64,000 nucleotides of DNA from NCBI GenBank assembly GCA_964016885.1, contig OZ024741.1, positions 231,818,001 through 231,882,000 on the forward strand, read 5' to 3'. Source of the stretch: Eledone cirrhosa (lineage: Eukaryota). The notes beneath the pieces are model-generated. The model was not told the origin of the DNA. It did no database searches and was given only the letters and a program-made list of their open reading frames with translations. Below are positions 29,636 to 41,810 of this stretch, in pieces. The first letter of the stretch is position 1. Each line of letters starts with the position of its first letter. The translations under genes were made by a program, and so were the position numbers.

Positions 29636-29830
29636 ATACCTTCCTGCCAGATGGTTGAAAGTCTGAAAGTATATACTTTCCTTATGCATATTAACGACTG
29701 AGCAGCCTAATTTGCATATCGAGTGAGTTAATCGGCCGGGGTACCGAAAACGATAAACGGAAAAAATGAAATGAAATATCATTTCTCACTCTTATATATA
29801 TTTATAAATATATATATTTATATATATGAA

Positions 29831-29916
<86 letters not shown>

Positions 29917-30122
29917 TTTTGGTTTGGGGTTCACCACTGGATAGAGCTGGTCAATTCCGTATGGTCAATCTTAATGTAATAATATGGAGAGTACTCAACG
30001 TAAAGCAGTTCAACCGTCTTTGTTTTTGTAGTTCGTGGTGCTATTACGGAGTTAAATATTATAATGAAATGACAGGAGGCCTGACTGGTGTCAATCCTTG
30101 AAAGGTTTATTATACTATGGTC

Positions 30123-30176
30123 ATTTCAATGACCGGTTTCCGTATGAATCCGGTGATATCATCAGGTATTTGAAAT
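30123..30176 (-). ncRNA. Degenerate HHR in a pLTR-like segment
   Basis: Minus strand: ATTTCAAATAC-CTGATGA-(18 nt, weak stem II)-GAAA-CCGG-TC-ATTGAAAT. Confidence 0.55.
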
Positions 30177-30856
30177 ATAATAAGTGAATGTAATAGATAA
30201 AATCCATGGGGCTGAAAATCAAAGACCCGAGGACGACCGCCATCTAGCATCTTCCACCTTTGCCGGTCGCCCTCAAGTGACGTGGCTAAAGCTTACAGTG
30301 TGCTACTACCGGTCAAATAAAGGAAAACAGAAAGGTATAGGAACATAAGTCAGCGTTAATATCATGCCACAAGAAAAAATAAAGAAAGAAAGAAGAGAGA
30401 AGGAGGGGAAGGAAGAAAAGGAAGAAGAGAAGTGAGGGTTAATGTCAGCTATAAGAAGAAAGACAGAAAGAAAGAGGAGGAAAAGTCGGTATTACAGTCA
30501 GGCCAGGAATGTCGCGAAAAAAATGTTTATTCTAAAGGACCCGTATCTTAACAACTCCTACCGGTCAAATATAGGCAAACAAAAAGGGGGTGGAATAAGT
30601 CAGCGTTAATATCATGCCACAAGCAGAAAGACACAAAGGAGGGAGAAGAGAAGGAAGAAAAGGAAGAAGAAGAAAAGTCAGGGTTGATGGCTACAAGAAG
30701 AAAGTTCCCTCTCAGAATATTCAGACTTCGACGAAATTCTACGGTTTATACCATAACATGTATTGAACTCTACTGTATTGACTAAATTCGCTACCCTATA
30801 CTTCAGGGCATGTGTAACTCACACTGAATTCTCAGACTCGAACACACTGATTCCAT

Positions 30857-31440
30857 TTCTAACTTGAACTATATTGTATTTCTCCTGTGTTTTGATCTCT
30901 CCATTTACTCCACCACCACTCTTGTTTGTTTTATTTATATCTTTATATCTTTCTACCATTGCTGTATTAATGTTTTTTCCACGTATCTAACTTGAACTAT
31001 ATTGTATTTCTCCTGTGTTTTAATCTCTCCATTTACTCCACCACCACTCTTGTTTGTTTTATTTATATCTTTATATCTTTCTACCATTGCTGTATTAATG
31101 TTTTTTCCACGTATTCTACTTCTATACATCCATGTACTTTTTACTTCTCTTATTCGGACTTTTACTCGCGTGTAACCATTAGCATACGACACTAGAATGT
31201 CTCCCCCTGGGAACATAAGTACTGCAACCTGAACAATATTGTATTTCTCCTGTCTTGATTTCTCCAACTTACTTCACCACCACTCTTCTTGGTTTATTTA
31301 TATGTTTATACCTTTGCTTTATTAATGAGCTTTTTCACGTATTCTACTTCTATGTATCCATGTATTTCTACTCCTCTTATTGGGACTTTTACTCACTTGT
31401 ACCCATTAGCACACGATACTATAATGTCTCCCCCTGAGAA
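30857..31440. repeat. Degenerate tandem duplications (about 128-bp and 230-bp units)
   Basis: tctaacttgaactatattgtatttctcctgtg occurs at about 30858 and 30986, with a diverged copy at about 31228. Confidence 0.75.
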
Positions 31441-31899
31441 CAAAAATAAATATTACCCGACTATATCCCTTACTCTACATCCCACTAGGATAACTTATAG
31501 AAGATCTACATAATACAATTAACTTTTCTTCATAAAAGACTCTCTTTAACTAAACCCCGCAACCCATAACCTTAAACAATTTTTAAAATGTTTAATTTTC
31601 AATTTTCTATTTGTTCACTTCTCAATCTTCTTACTCTTTAATTGTATAATGTTATTCTGAATTCTTTCAACTTCATCCTATAAATCTAAACAATATTTTA
31701 ACGTTTCAACTTTCTGTCGGACTGTTGGGTTGGTTTTCCTGGCAGTGGGACCGGACCCCTGGCGCATAGGCCTACCTTGAGTGCTTGGAAAAATAAATTT
31801 CCCCTTCTTTCGGTAAATGCAACTACTCGGAGTGGTAAGGTTGGTAGATACCCGTAGATAGGTCCAAAGTTAGATCTAGGAAATTGACTATTTTAATCT

Positions 31900-34515
31900 C
31901 ACTATTTAATCAAAGACTAATTTGAAAACACCAGTAATATAGTCAATTTCCAAGATATAACTTTGCACCTATCTACGGGTATCTACCAACCTTACCATAA
32001 ACCTAACCAAAACTTACATTACATACACTCACAATCTCATCACCCTAGATCTATACTTAAAAATCTAGGATATAACAACTCACTCTGGATCTCTAACCTG
32101 TCATCAAATCAGGATGTATTCGATAAAAACGCACCCTTTTATATCGAAGCTTTAGCTAGAAGCGGCCACAAAAACAAATTACTATACATACCTTGCACCA
32201 ATAATATTTCAAACATACAACCTAATATTACCAACAAACACCAACTGAAAAACCCACACCTAAATGCCACTCATACTACACCTAAAAACACCAACCTAAA
32301 TCTTAATTTCTCTACCTCTTCTCACATAAAATATGACTTTCAAAAAACTATTTATCCTAATACTCCAACATATGTTAACAACATTACTAACAAAATTCCT
32401 AGTAATCAGACTAAAACACCTAAATCTGTTAATCTAACTAAACCTATATATAATAAAATCACTAATACTAACTCTCTTAGTAAACCTTCTGATACATCGT
32501 ATAAATATAAGAAACAATATCGAAACCGTAATAGACGGGTTACTTGGTATAATGCTCCATTTAATCTACAAATTAAAGACAATATCCCTAAAAAATTATT
32601 TGCTATCCTAGAGAAAAACCTCCGACCAAACCATAAATACCATCAAATTTTAAATAGATCTACAGTATAAGTGCGTACAACGCATATAAGTGTAAAAAAT
32701 CATAAATATACCACCAACACATCAAACCAACCATAATAATACTAAAATAAAACATAACAAACCACAATCTCCTTCACCTATAACAAGTCCTGTAAATTCC
32801 ACACCAAATTTGACTAACTCCCCTGATATAATATTCCTGAATGGTTGTAACTGTAGAATCAAAAGAAATTGCCCATTAAAGGGAAATTGTCTTATTAATA
32901 ACAGTCTATAAATGTAAAATTAGCACTAAGGACTCCACTTATTTATATATAGGAGCTACGTCTAACCAATTTAAAGTAAGATTTAATATCCACAAACATA
33001 GTTTTAAAAATGCCGCATTAGATAATACAACATCCTTGGCTGAAACAATTAATAATTATAGAAAGAAGAACATCGATTACAACCTGATCTGGAGCGTGCT
33101 CAAAAGAGCCACCCCTTATCAAAATAGCAGATACGAGTGTAGGTTATGCTCCCAAGAACTTTTTGAAATCATTAAATCTAAGGATATCCTATTAAATAAG
33201 CGACAGGAATTAATTATATCTTGCAATCGTAGAATTAGAAGAACCTTCAAATATTATAAACCTAATTAATATACACCTTACACTTATATTTTACAAATTA
33301 TTATAATTGTTTTTTTTTAAATTTAGTTAACATATAATTAGTATTTTACTACAGAGGACTTCATATTTTTATTTCCCTCTTACAGCTCCCTTTTCCTAAA
33401 ATTATTTTTACCACACTACTTCATTTAATCGCATCCCCTATTTATCACATTTAATACCTATTATTGTTAAGTATAATTAATATCTATAATATCATCAATG
33501 TCCGTATAGATACAATACTCTTTATAAAAAAATGTTTATCTACTTCAGTTTTTCGATATATTTATTTTTAATTTTTATTGCTTTAATTTCTTACTTCTTT
33601 ATTTATCACATTCATATGAATTAATATAATGTTATCCCTGTAAGTATACCTATAAATTAATTTAATTTCCTGTCATGTATTTAAATTCCTTGTAGTTTAA
33701 ATAAGATTGGTATTTCTCACTAATACCATTATCCCAAAATGTTATTTTCCTTCGTTTTTAACAACACTCTTTAATAACATCAAGTTTTTATTCATCACAT
33801 TCATATGAATTAATATAACTTTATCCCTGTAAGTATACCTATCAATTAATTTAATTTCTTGTTATATATCTAGATTCCTTGTGGTTTAAATAAGATAGGT
33901 ATTTCTCACTAATACCCTTACCCTAAAATTTTATTTACTTTCGGCTTTAACAATATTATTTAACATCAAATGTTCGTGTACCCTTCACTATCTTCTTGAC
34001 TTTACCTCATTTCATCTCCATAGTATTCTTTTCATTCAAAGCATAAGTCTGAACTCCTATACCCCTAGCTTTAATTTCTACTACTGTCATTCTATCAACT
34101 TGACCTCTAACTCCTTTTCTATCGGTCAATTCAAAACCTGTTCCCAAACAGACCCTTTATGTTAATTCTTTGTTTTTTTCAATAAACACATCTCATTATT
34201 TCTGAGGACGGCATGTATATGTGAAGGTATGTATATTTCCTCTGATAATTTGTAATATTTTTACATAGATCTATACGATATACATACCAACAGACATATA
34301 CATCCCAGAAACGATCCTAAAATGATGATTTTTTTAATATAAAGAACTTGTTCTTTGTGTTTATTTCATTGTTTTTATTAATTTATCTTGACTCTGTTTT
34401 CCTATGATTTTTATCGTAAATTTTTGAATGCATTTTCTCTTTTAATGATATATTCTATATTTGGATTACATTGAGTTATTCATACGGATTGGACACTGCC
34501 GTATATTTTGGTAAT
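31900..34515 (+). mobile_element. Naiad-like PLE, 5'-truncated, with long 3' UTR and HHR
   Basis: PYHKPN..YIH..SHHP, WYNAPF, CNCRIKRNCPLKGNCL, YIGATS..FK.RF and CRLCSQE. Confidence 0.88.
34193..34328 (+). ncRNA. Type I HHR with a stem II extended to about 100 nt
   Basis: TCATTATTT-CTGAGGA-CGGCATGTATATGT..ACATATACATCCCA-GAAA-CGATCC-TA-AAATGATGA; one stem III mismatch. Confidence 0.72.
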
Positions 34516-34607
<92 letters not shown>

Positions 34608-34611
34608 ATAT

Positions 34612-34722
34612 ATTAAAATAACAGATTAAAATTTAAGCAAAGAATTGCTGCTTTCACCCTTAACGGGATCTTCTGAAACTAAAATAATAAATCTGTGAAC
34701 GCAGAAGTAAATATTTCGAAAT
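34612..34722 (-). repeat. pLTR 3' fragment of the 14.9/44.7 kb family
   Basis: aacagattaaa..gctgctttcacccttaacgggatcttctgaaact. Confidence 0.8.
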
Positions 34723-34929
34723 ACTTTACACGCTATATATATATATATATATACACACACTATTTATATATACACACACACACACATGCACACACACACC
34801 GCGTCGTAATGACGTAATGCAGACACTCAGGCATATAGACAGATATTATAAGGGCGCAACGTAATATCTACGTATCTATCTAAAAAGAGAAATACTAAGA
34901 GAGAGAGATAGAGATCGCTAAATCGCCTA

Positions 34930-35100
34930 ATACGGTCCCTATGGCATTGAAAATGTGAACATATTTTTGTTCGGAACACTCAATAGGACAATAAGTATTA
35001 CATGTGTAAAGTTTGAAAACAATAGGTTGGGTGGTTCTCGAGATTTAGTGATTGTACTGACAGACAGACAAACAGCCATTCTCTGTTTTAGTAATATAGA
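34930..35100 (-). mobile_element. Helitron-like 5' end fragment
   Basis: Minus strand starts A|TCTATATTACTAAAA..GTTTGTCTGTCTGTC and resembles 37300-37435. Confidence 0.5.
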
Positions 35101-35495
35101 TATTACTATTGACAGTGTCAGTGACATCATATTGAAAATCAGGAGTGACAAAAAGATGTTGTGTTATACAGATTTCAAAGTAAAAGGAGCAATGGTGAAG
35201 AGTGAAAATATTGAGCATATTATATATAAAGATATTCTTTATGGTAATACAGATGCAAAAGATACTAAGCAAAAAGTTGCTGCAGAAGATACATAAAAGC
35301 TATCATAGCATTGAAAAATATAATATTAAGGATATAATGCAAAAAATCCATAGCATGCATGAGGTAACAGGTAGAAAATGAATAAATCAAGTATATTTCA
35401 TACATTTGAAAATGGCATGCAGTATGGTAAAGAAAAACGTAATGTTAAGATTAATAAAATTAATAAATGTTATGTAATGCAGAATGCAATAATTG

Positions 35496-35664
35496 TTTCT
35501 ACGTTAGGCACAAGGCCAGCAAAAACCCAGTGCATTACTGGTACTTTATTTTATCGACCCCGTAAGGATGAAAGGCAAAGTTAACCTTGGCGGGATTTGA
35601 ACTCAGAATGGCAAGGGCCGTAACTATACGTCAAAGCATGGCGTCCGACCCTCTACCAATACTG
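35496..35664 (-). mobile_element. tRNA-derived SINE
   Basis: B box GTTCAAATCC; core tttgcctttcatcc..ggggtcgataaaataaagtaccag. Confidence 0.88.
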
Positions 35665-36544
35665 ATGCAATAATATAAGTAAATAAGATAGGTAATTGTC
35701 ATTCAAGAATTTTCATATTTGAGTTCATGTAGAAATGTATATGTTGTGTGTAAATCAAATGTACGATATTTTGAATATTTTTAATTCTAGTTACAATGTA
35801 TGTGAGATATGTACAATTTAATAATATGTGTAAAGTAAAGATTAATTCCACTGTATTTCTTGCCATATTAATATAAGTATACGAAAGATATACAATGAAT
35901 TCCTATCTTTAAATTTACTATTAAGGAATAATTCTCTTTGCATTCTGTGCGATGTCTATTAAGAATTATTTCACGAAGTCTAATGGTAAAAAAGACGTTA
36001 AATTGTTTTAACGTTATGGATTTTAAAAAATAATTGAAACGATATTCATAAGGGGAGTTAATATCAAAAGGGAGGTAATTATGGAAGTATTAAAGGTTGA
36101 CAATATAAGAAACAATCATTGTTATTTGAGCCATTTAATAGTTAATAATAGCTCTATCCATAAATGAATATCTTATGCTATCAAGATCTATTTAGAGTTA
36201 ATCAATTAATCAATTAATATACTTGTTTTTTATATATATATTTATTTATTTATTTTATTAATATAAATATTTTTTCTCATTATATTTGTTAAAACCTATT
36301 CCAAACAATTATAATCTATTAATATGTGTTGATATAGAGGGAGGGAGGTTATTATAATACATTATTGTTAATTATCTATTAAAAGTTATAATACATTAAA
36401 TGCTGTTATAAATTAATATTTATGAATTATACATTATTATTCATTATTTATCAATTATACATAAAGGTTATCTATTATTATCATTTATTTAGATTATCTA
36501 CAGAGAGTTGATTTATGAATAACTAGAGAGGGATTTATATAATA

Positions 36545-37435
36545 CTAGCAGTAAAGCCCGGCGTTGCTCGGGGTCGTTCAGTAGCTGTGTTAAAGTTACA
36601 ATGTTAAGTTTCTTTCTTGGCTTAAAAACTGTAGTGTCTACTGTGCAGACTTGCATGTGGTGTTTTTGATTAATATTCCCTCAACCAACAATATGCCTTA
36701 TGAAGTTAAGAAGACATAACGATAACCCGAATGTTATAACATAAGAGGATGCTGGGGATAGAAACTGCACTGGTTATTTATTAACAAAGATCGAAAATGT
36801 AAACACTGCAACGCAGAGAAAAACATTAGCGTAACCAAATTATCAGTTATGTCTGTCTGCACGCCTATATCACCTCTCTGCACGACTGTCTGTCTGCACG
36901 CCTATATCACCTCTCTGCACGACTGTCTGTCTGCACGCCTATATCACCTCTCTGCACGACTGTCTGTCTGCACGCCTATATCACCTCTCTGCACGACTGT
37001 CTGTCTGCACGCCTAACGACGAAATATTTTCTTGTTTTACGTAGTCTTTAAATAGACTTGTTTTCAAGTAAAAATATTGTTTTAAAATGCTTTTAAATGG
37101 AAATGAAGCAAAACGGAAGCTTAGTGTTCAACTGTTCGTGTATTGTGTTAATGTCATTTTAAACGCTGAGAAAGCCAGCGTAATTTTTTACGTAAGACGC
37201 TCAATGTAAACAGAACAAAGGGAAATAACTGATAACTTACGCTCAAAAATCGATACATTATATTCGATTTCGTCACATAGGGTTGGTCAATTTGAAATAT
37301 TTTTTTTTCGATGTCTTCGCTAGGGCTGAATGTACAAGTATAGCAATTTCGGTGCAATTCCGTGAGAGATTCTAAGAGGAGATGTGTGCCAAAAATCGAT
37401 AGACAGACAGACAACCACAGTTTTATATATATAGA
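36545..37435 (-). mobile_element. Complete non-autonomous Helitron
   Basis: Minus strand begins 5' TC(TATATATATAAAA..GTCTGTCTGTCT) and ends with hairpin CCCGAGCAACGCCGGG then CTAG. Inserted between A and T with no TSD. Confidence 0.88.
36850..37014. repeat. 37-bp minisatellite, about 4.5 identical copies, inside the Helitron
   Basis: tgtctgtctgcacgcctatatcacctctctgcacgac at 36850, 36887, 36924 and 36961, with a partial copy at 36998. Confidence 0.95.
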
Positions 37436-37699
37436 TAATATATGGTAATATATAATGGAGTAATTAGTGTTATGAACACTGTTGACAGTTATCTAAATAG
37501 TGTTATATTACTTTAGTAGTAAGGATGGAGAGCATAGTAAGGTGCATAAATTGTTTATTTATTTTGATTATTAAGAAAATATGATTTGTATTAGATTAGA
37601 GATATATGAAGGAGTTTATCGATATATATATATATATATATATACGTTATGGTGATATTATGATAATTAAGTAAGAGAAAAGGATATTAAATATAATTG

Positions 37700-37812
37700 T
37701 TTCTACTTTTGGCACAAGGCCAGCAATTATCTCAGTGTATTACTGGTACTTTATTTTATCGACGCTGTAAAGATGAAAGGCAAAGTTAACCACGGCGGGA
37801 TTTGAACTCAGA
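37700..37812 (-). mobile_element. tRNA-derived SINE, 5'-truncated
   Basis: Same core as 35496-35664. Confidence 0.85.
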
Positions 37813-37829
37813 GCATAATAATATAGGGT

Positions 37830-39670
37830 GGTATGGTTTATTAAATTTAAAGTAGGTAGATATATAATTACAAAAAGCAAATGAATTAAAATTAAAGTTG
37901 GTATTAATATAGTAATATATCCGACATTGTCATAGATTAGCTACTTGGTTTAAATAGTAGTAAGAATATCGGTGGTAATGTGGAAATGTGGGCAGAATTT
38001 CTGATTTTCTATTTAGTAGGTTGAGATTTGAATGAATAATAGTGCGAGACTCAAGCAGGCAAATGTTATAGAATGTGTTAGGTAGTTTATACTAAGGGGC
38101 TTTAGCTATCACATCCTATTCTAGGGTGTATGATATATTACTTGTTTTTAATGAGTGTATGTAGGTAGATAGTGAAGTGACGTTACTAAGTGTAGAGTAT
38201 CTAAACGAATCAAGGTGCGAATTATATCTGGTCTTAAAGTTATTCGATGTTGAACCTATATAAACATTCGACATTTGATTAGCATTGACAGTACAGGAGT
38301 AGATAATGTCTTTAATAAGGCAATTATTGCTTAATGGGCAAGTTCTCCTAGGTCTACAATTACAATTGTTATGGTTAATATATTGGTTAAGGAAGTATGA
38401 TGATGGTCAGTTATTACTGTTGATACTTCTAGTATTAAAATTATGGTAAATATTAATGTTATTATTATTGGTATTATTACTATTATTTCCAATATAGTCC
38501 TGTACTGAGTTATTATTAAGGTTATTTCTATGTTGGACATTATTAAATTGGTGTAATTTGATGTATTTACTAATCGTCTTCTTGTTACTGCTAGCTATAT
38601 GGTCTGCAATGTTAGCTGTGGTAGAGTAAGAGATTTTAATATTATTTTTGTTAATTATGTTATGGTATTTATGGTTAATAGGGAAGTTTTTTTCTATAAT
38701 TGAGAAGAAAGCTTTAGGTATATTGGTGGAGATATTAAAGTTGAAAGGTGGATTAAAATATGTATTACTTCCTCTTTGGTTCTTCTTATTATTTTTATTT
38801 ATATCTATGTTATTGTGATTAACTATATTATTTCGTGTGGTGTTAGGTACAGTATTATTTTTATTTTTGTTTTTAACATAATTTTACTTTATATGGTTTT
38901 TATAGGGTTAACTTTGTTGATACATTTGGTAGAGTCGGAGTCATCAATACTATGAATATATTTAATTTCATTTCTGGCCATATTATGTGAAATAATATTA
39001 GATTGTTTATAAATAGATGACATTATAGAATTGGTATCAAGATAAAAAAGTGTTTCATTTGGTTTTTGATAAGGTGTATATGTTTTAGAATCTAAGTAAA
39101 GAGTGTCACGAAGGAAGTTAACATTTATGGTGATTTTATCAATGGTAATACCTAAGTTGAATTTTTTAAATATTTAATGTAATTGTTTACTAGTCCTTTC
39201 TATATTAATATTTTTTTTAATCTACGAGGAAAAGTGCGTCGACTCGATAGACACCACCGTTAAGGTATGGTAAATACTTATAGATTTGGTTTAAGGGATA
39301 TCAACCAACTAAGTCTGTGACTTGTGCTGAGTCACTAGACCCCATAGTGATGTCGAAGTTGTTGGGCGTATATTTGCTGGTCCATAATTGATCTTCAAAT
39401 AGAGTTATCGTTTTCCAGGCCGCAAGGATAATATCTACTTGGGAAAGTAGAAAAAAAAAGTAGAAAGTAGAAACAATTATTAGTGCTTTGTTTAAAAGTA
39501 TCGGTGAAATAGAGGTGTAGTATGAATTTATATAGAATTGGATAAATTTCTTATTATTACTTTCATTAATTTTATTAAACTATTCAATTACTTCTCCAGT
39601 GTTTCCCCAAAGGTTAAGATGGATTTTTTGCTTAATTTGGATGATAAATTTATCTAATATTTTTTTGCTG
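37830..39670 (-). mobile_element. Degenerate Naiad-like PLE (RT, linker and EN); UTR probably continues leftwards
   Basis: Manual translation gives NNFDITMGSSDSAQVTDLVG, GGVYRVDALF and YFNPPFNFNISTNIPKAFFSIIEKNFP. Confidence 0.8.
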
Positions 39671-41231
39671 ATTATACCAATGATAGAGGGGGATCTGGCA
39701 TCTGCAGACTATGTCTGAGCGAGACCCTCGAGATACTCAGTGGTGGGAGCAGCCTAATCAACCTCAGGACCGACTTATTTGGTATATGTAGACACCTCAG
39801 GGCCGGAACATTCCTCAAGCTATATGGATAACAACCGATTGGGATGGGAACTTCCCTCAAACTAAAGGGACAGCTGTCCCATGACACCGAGCCCAAGGTA
39901 AACCACCCCTACACACTCCCCACCTCTACTCCCGCCTTGATCGACTCCTATAGCAACACACCTACCAAGCAGCTAACACCATACCCCACACCGCTGTGGT
40001 CAAATCTTCTCTCTCACTTAGTTAACCAGAACTGAAGTTAGCTGACCCTAGATGATATAAATACATGAAGTACGTCGGTGGAGTCCTATCCTCTGTGCAA
40101 ACAGGCACTCCAAGTTTCCGACCAACGGGTCCCAACGTTCAACCCCGGCTTGTGACCCGAATACCCAGAGGATATCCTGCATTGACCCCGACCCCCTTTG
40201 CACGCATGAGTCAGGGATAAATACCACAAGTAAATATGACGCGCCTATTACTACTACTTACTGCTCTCCCCACATCCAGGGGTGACTTTGACCCTGTGTC
40301 CGTGTCGGTTTATCCACATGTGGGCGTATATGGAATCATGTGTATGCGTGCTTGTATGCGTGTGTGTGACTATGTAGACGTAATATGGGAATGCACCTGA
40401 GCCTGTGTTTGTGCGTGTGTGCTTGTAACGGTGTGCGCTGACAAACATATACGCATATGTACTTTTGCTGAAATAGTAATTGTAGTCCTTTACTGTTCTG
40501 GATTTTGACACACTGGTCATTTGGTATTTTTCACTCCACTTTTACCTCATTTTTATTTTTAAAACGCACCCATCTTTTGTTAGATTGTGCGGACCTAAAT
40601 AGGTGAATGCACCGAGCCTGTGTTTATAAGTGTTCACGCGCAACTGTGCGCGCTGACGGATAACCACACGTACGTGCTAGAATAAGAATTCTAATCTTTT
40701 ACACTTCTCGACTCTGACACACAAGTTTTTTTATTTCAGTTTATATTTTTCAAAATGTTTGATATTTGTTGTAACACTCACGCATTCTTTATTTGTTTGG
40801 CATCCCCAATAACCTGAAATGGTGGCAGGATAGATGCAAGTCTACACACAAATAGATGCCAGTCTACACGCAAATTCTTCAGACCATAGCAGCAGCATAC
40901 TAAAGTTGACCTGCTAGCTGACCTCTTAACAGCACTACCACTACCAGCACAAGGAAAGAGGTCAGCTATACTTAAACATTCTAACAAAAACAACTATAAC
41001 AGCCTGGCCTGCCTCAGAAGAATTTCTATAGACTTTGGACTGAGGAGTGGTCTCACAACTGACCAATGGGATACGAACGTGTCCCATGCCACTGAAATTC
41101 GTTTGTTCTACCATATATGATTCCAGTTCCTCGGAGGACTAACAACACACCCAGGAGCTGGATATATCCATGTATTGACAGAGTGAAACACACTTCAACA
41201 ACATGTGTACCTGTCTTTTCCACGCCAATTC

Positions 41232-41290
41232 GGACTGCCTGAAGAGGTCACAGCTAATAATAGCTGTCACTGAGATATATATAGGTGTAA
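41232..41290 (+). ncRNA. Degenerate HHR (GAAA changed to GAGA)
   Basis: CTGAAGA-GGT-CACAGCTA-ATAA-TAGCTGTC-ACT-GAGA-TATATA-TA; stem I is poor. Confidence 0.5.
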
Positions 41291-41459
41291 ATTTATAATT
41301 TATTATAAACGAAGCCAAATTTTTAATATTTTACTTACTTATTTTATTTTACATTACTCCGGAGTAAACAAACCAGCCTGCGTATTTCGTCGAGTGTTCC
41401 AATTTGCATACTGAGGTGTCGGTAAACAACCAACATATACTCACACAAAAAAAAGAATG

Positions 41460-41503
<44 letters not shown>

Positions 41504-41521
41504 CATATATGTATATATATA

Positions 41522-41576
<55 letters not shown>

Positions 41577-41579
<3 letters not shown>

Positions 41580-41778
41580 AGAAAGTATGACCCCGACGGC
41601 AGGGCTAAAGCCATTTCGACGGCTATTTCTGGACTGAAATAGTCCAGAAATAGCCGTCGAAACGGCTTGAGCTCTACTCTCGGGGTCATACTTTCTCCTA
41701 TTACCCACTCTACTACCCTAAGTACTGATTACTCTGGTGCGTTATGGTCCATCTTCTTCCTTACCATAACTCCTTCGT

Positions 41779-41780
<2 letters not shown>
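41577..41780. repeat. Small fold-back element; related copies at 44511-44612 and 51353-51517
   Basis: Palindrome 41577-41700 plus a shared tail (ttacccactctactacccta..ggtgcgttatggtcca..ccttcgtta); all copies lie in (TA)n. Confidence 0.8.

Positions 41781-41804
<24 letters not shown>

Positions 41805-41810
<6 letters not shown>

Larger units (their letters stand above)
28951..29793 (-). repeat. Cluster 3: two tandem HHR-bearing units (about 385 and 420 bp) plus about 40 bp, flanked by (TA)n
   Basis: The unit marker ggaaaaaatgaaa..tttcattt..cactctta occurs at about 28951, 29371 and 29755. Confidence 0.88.

Noticed and set aside
36850-37014. 37-bp repeats resembling a CRISPR array
   Set aside because: The copies are head-to-tail with no spacers, there are no cas genes, and the context is eukaryotic.
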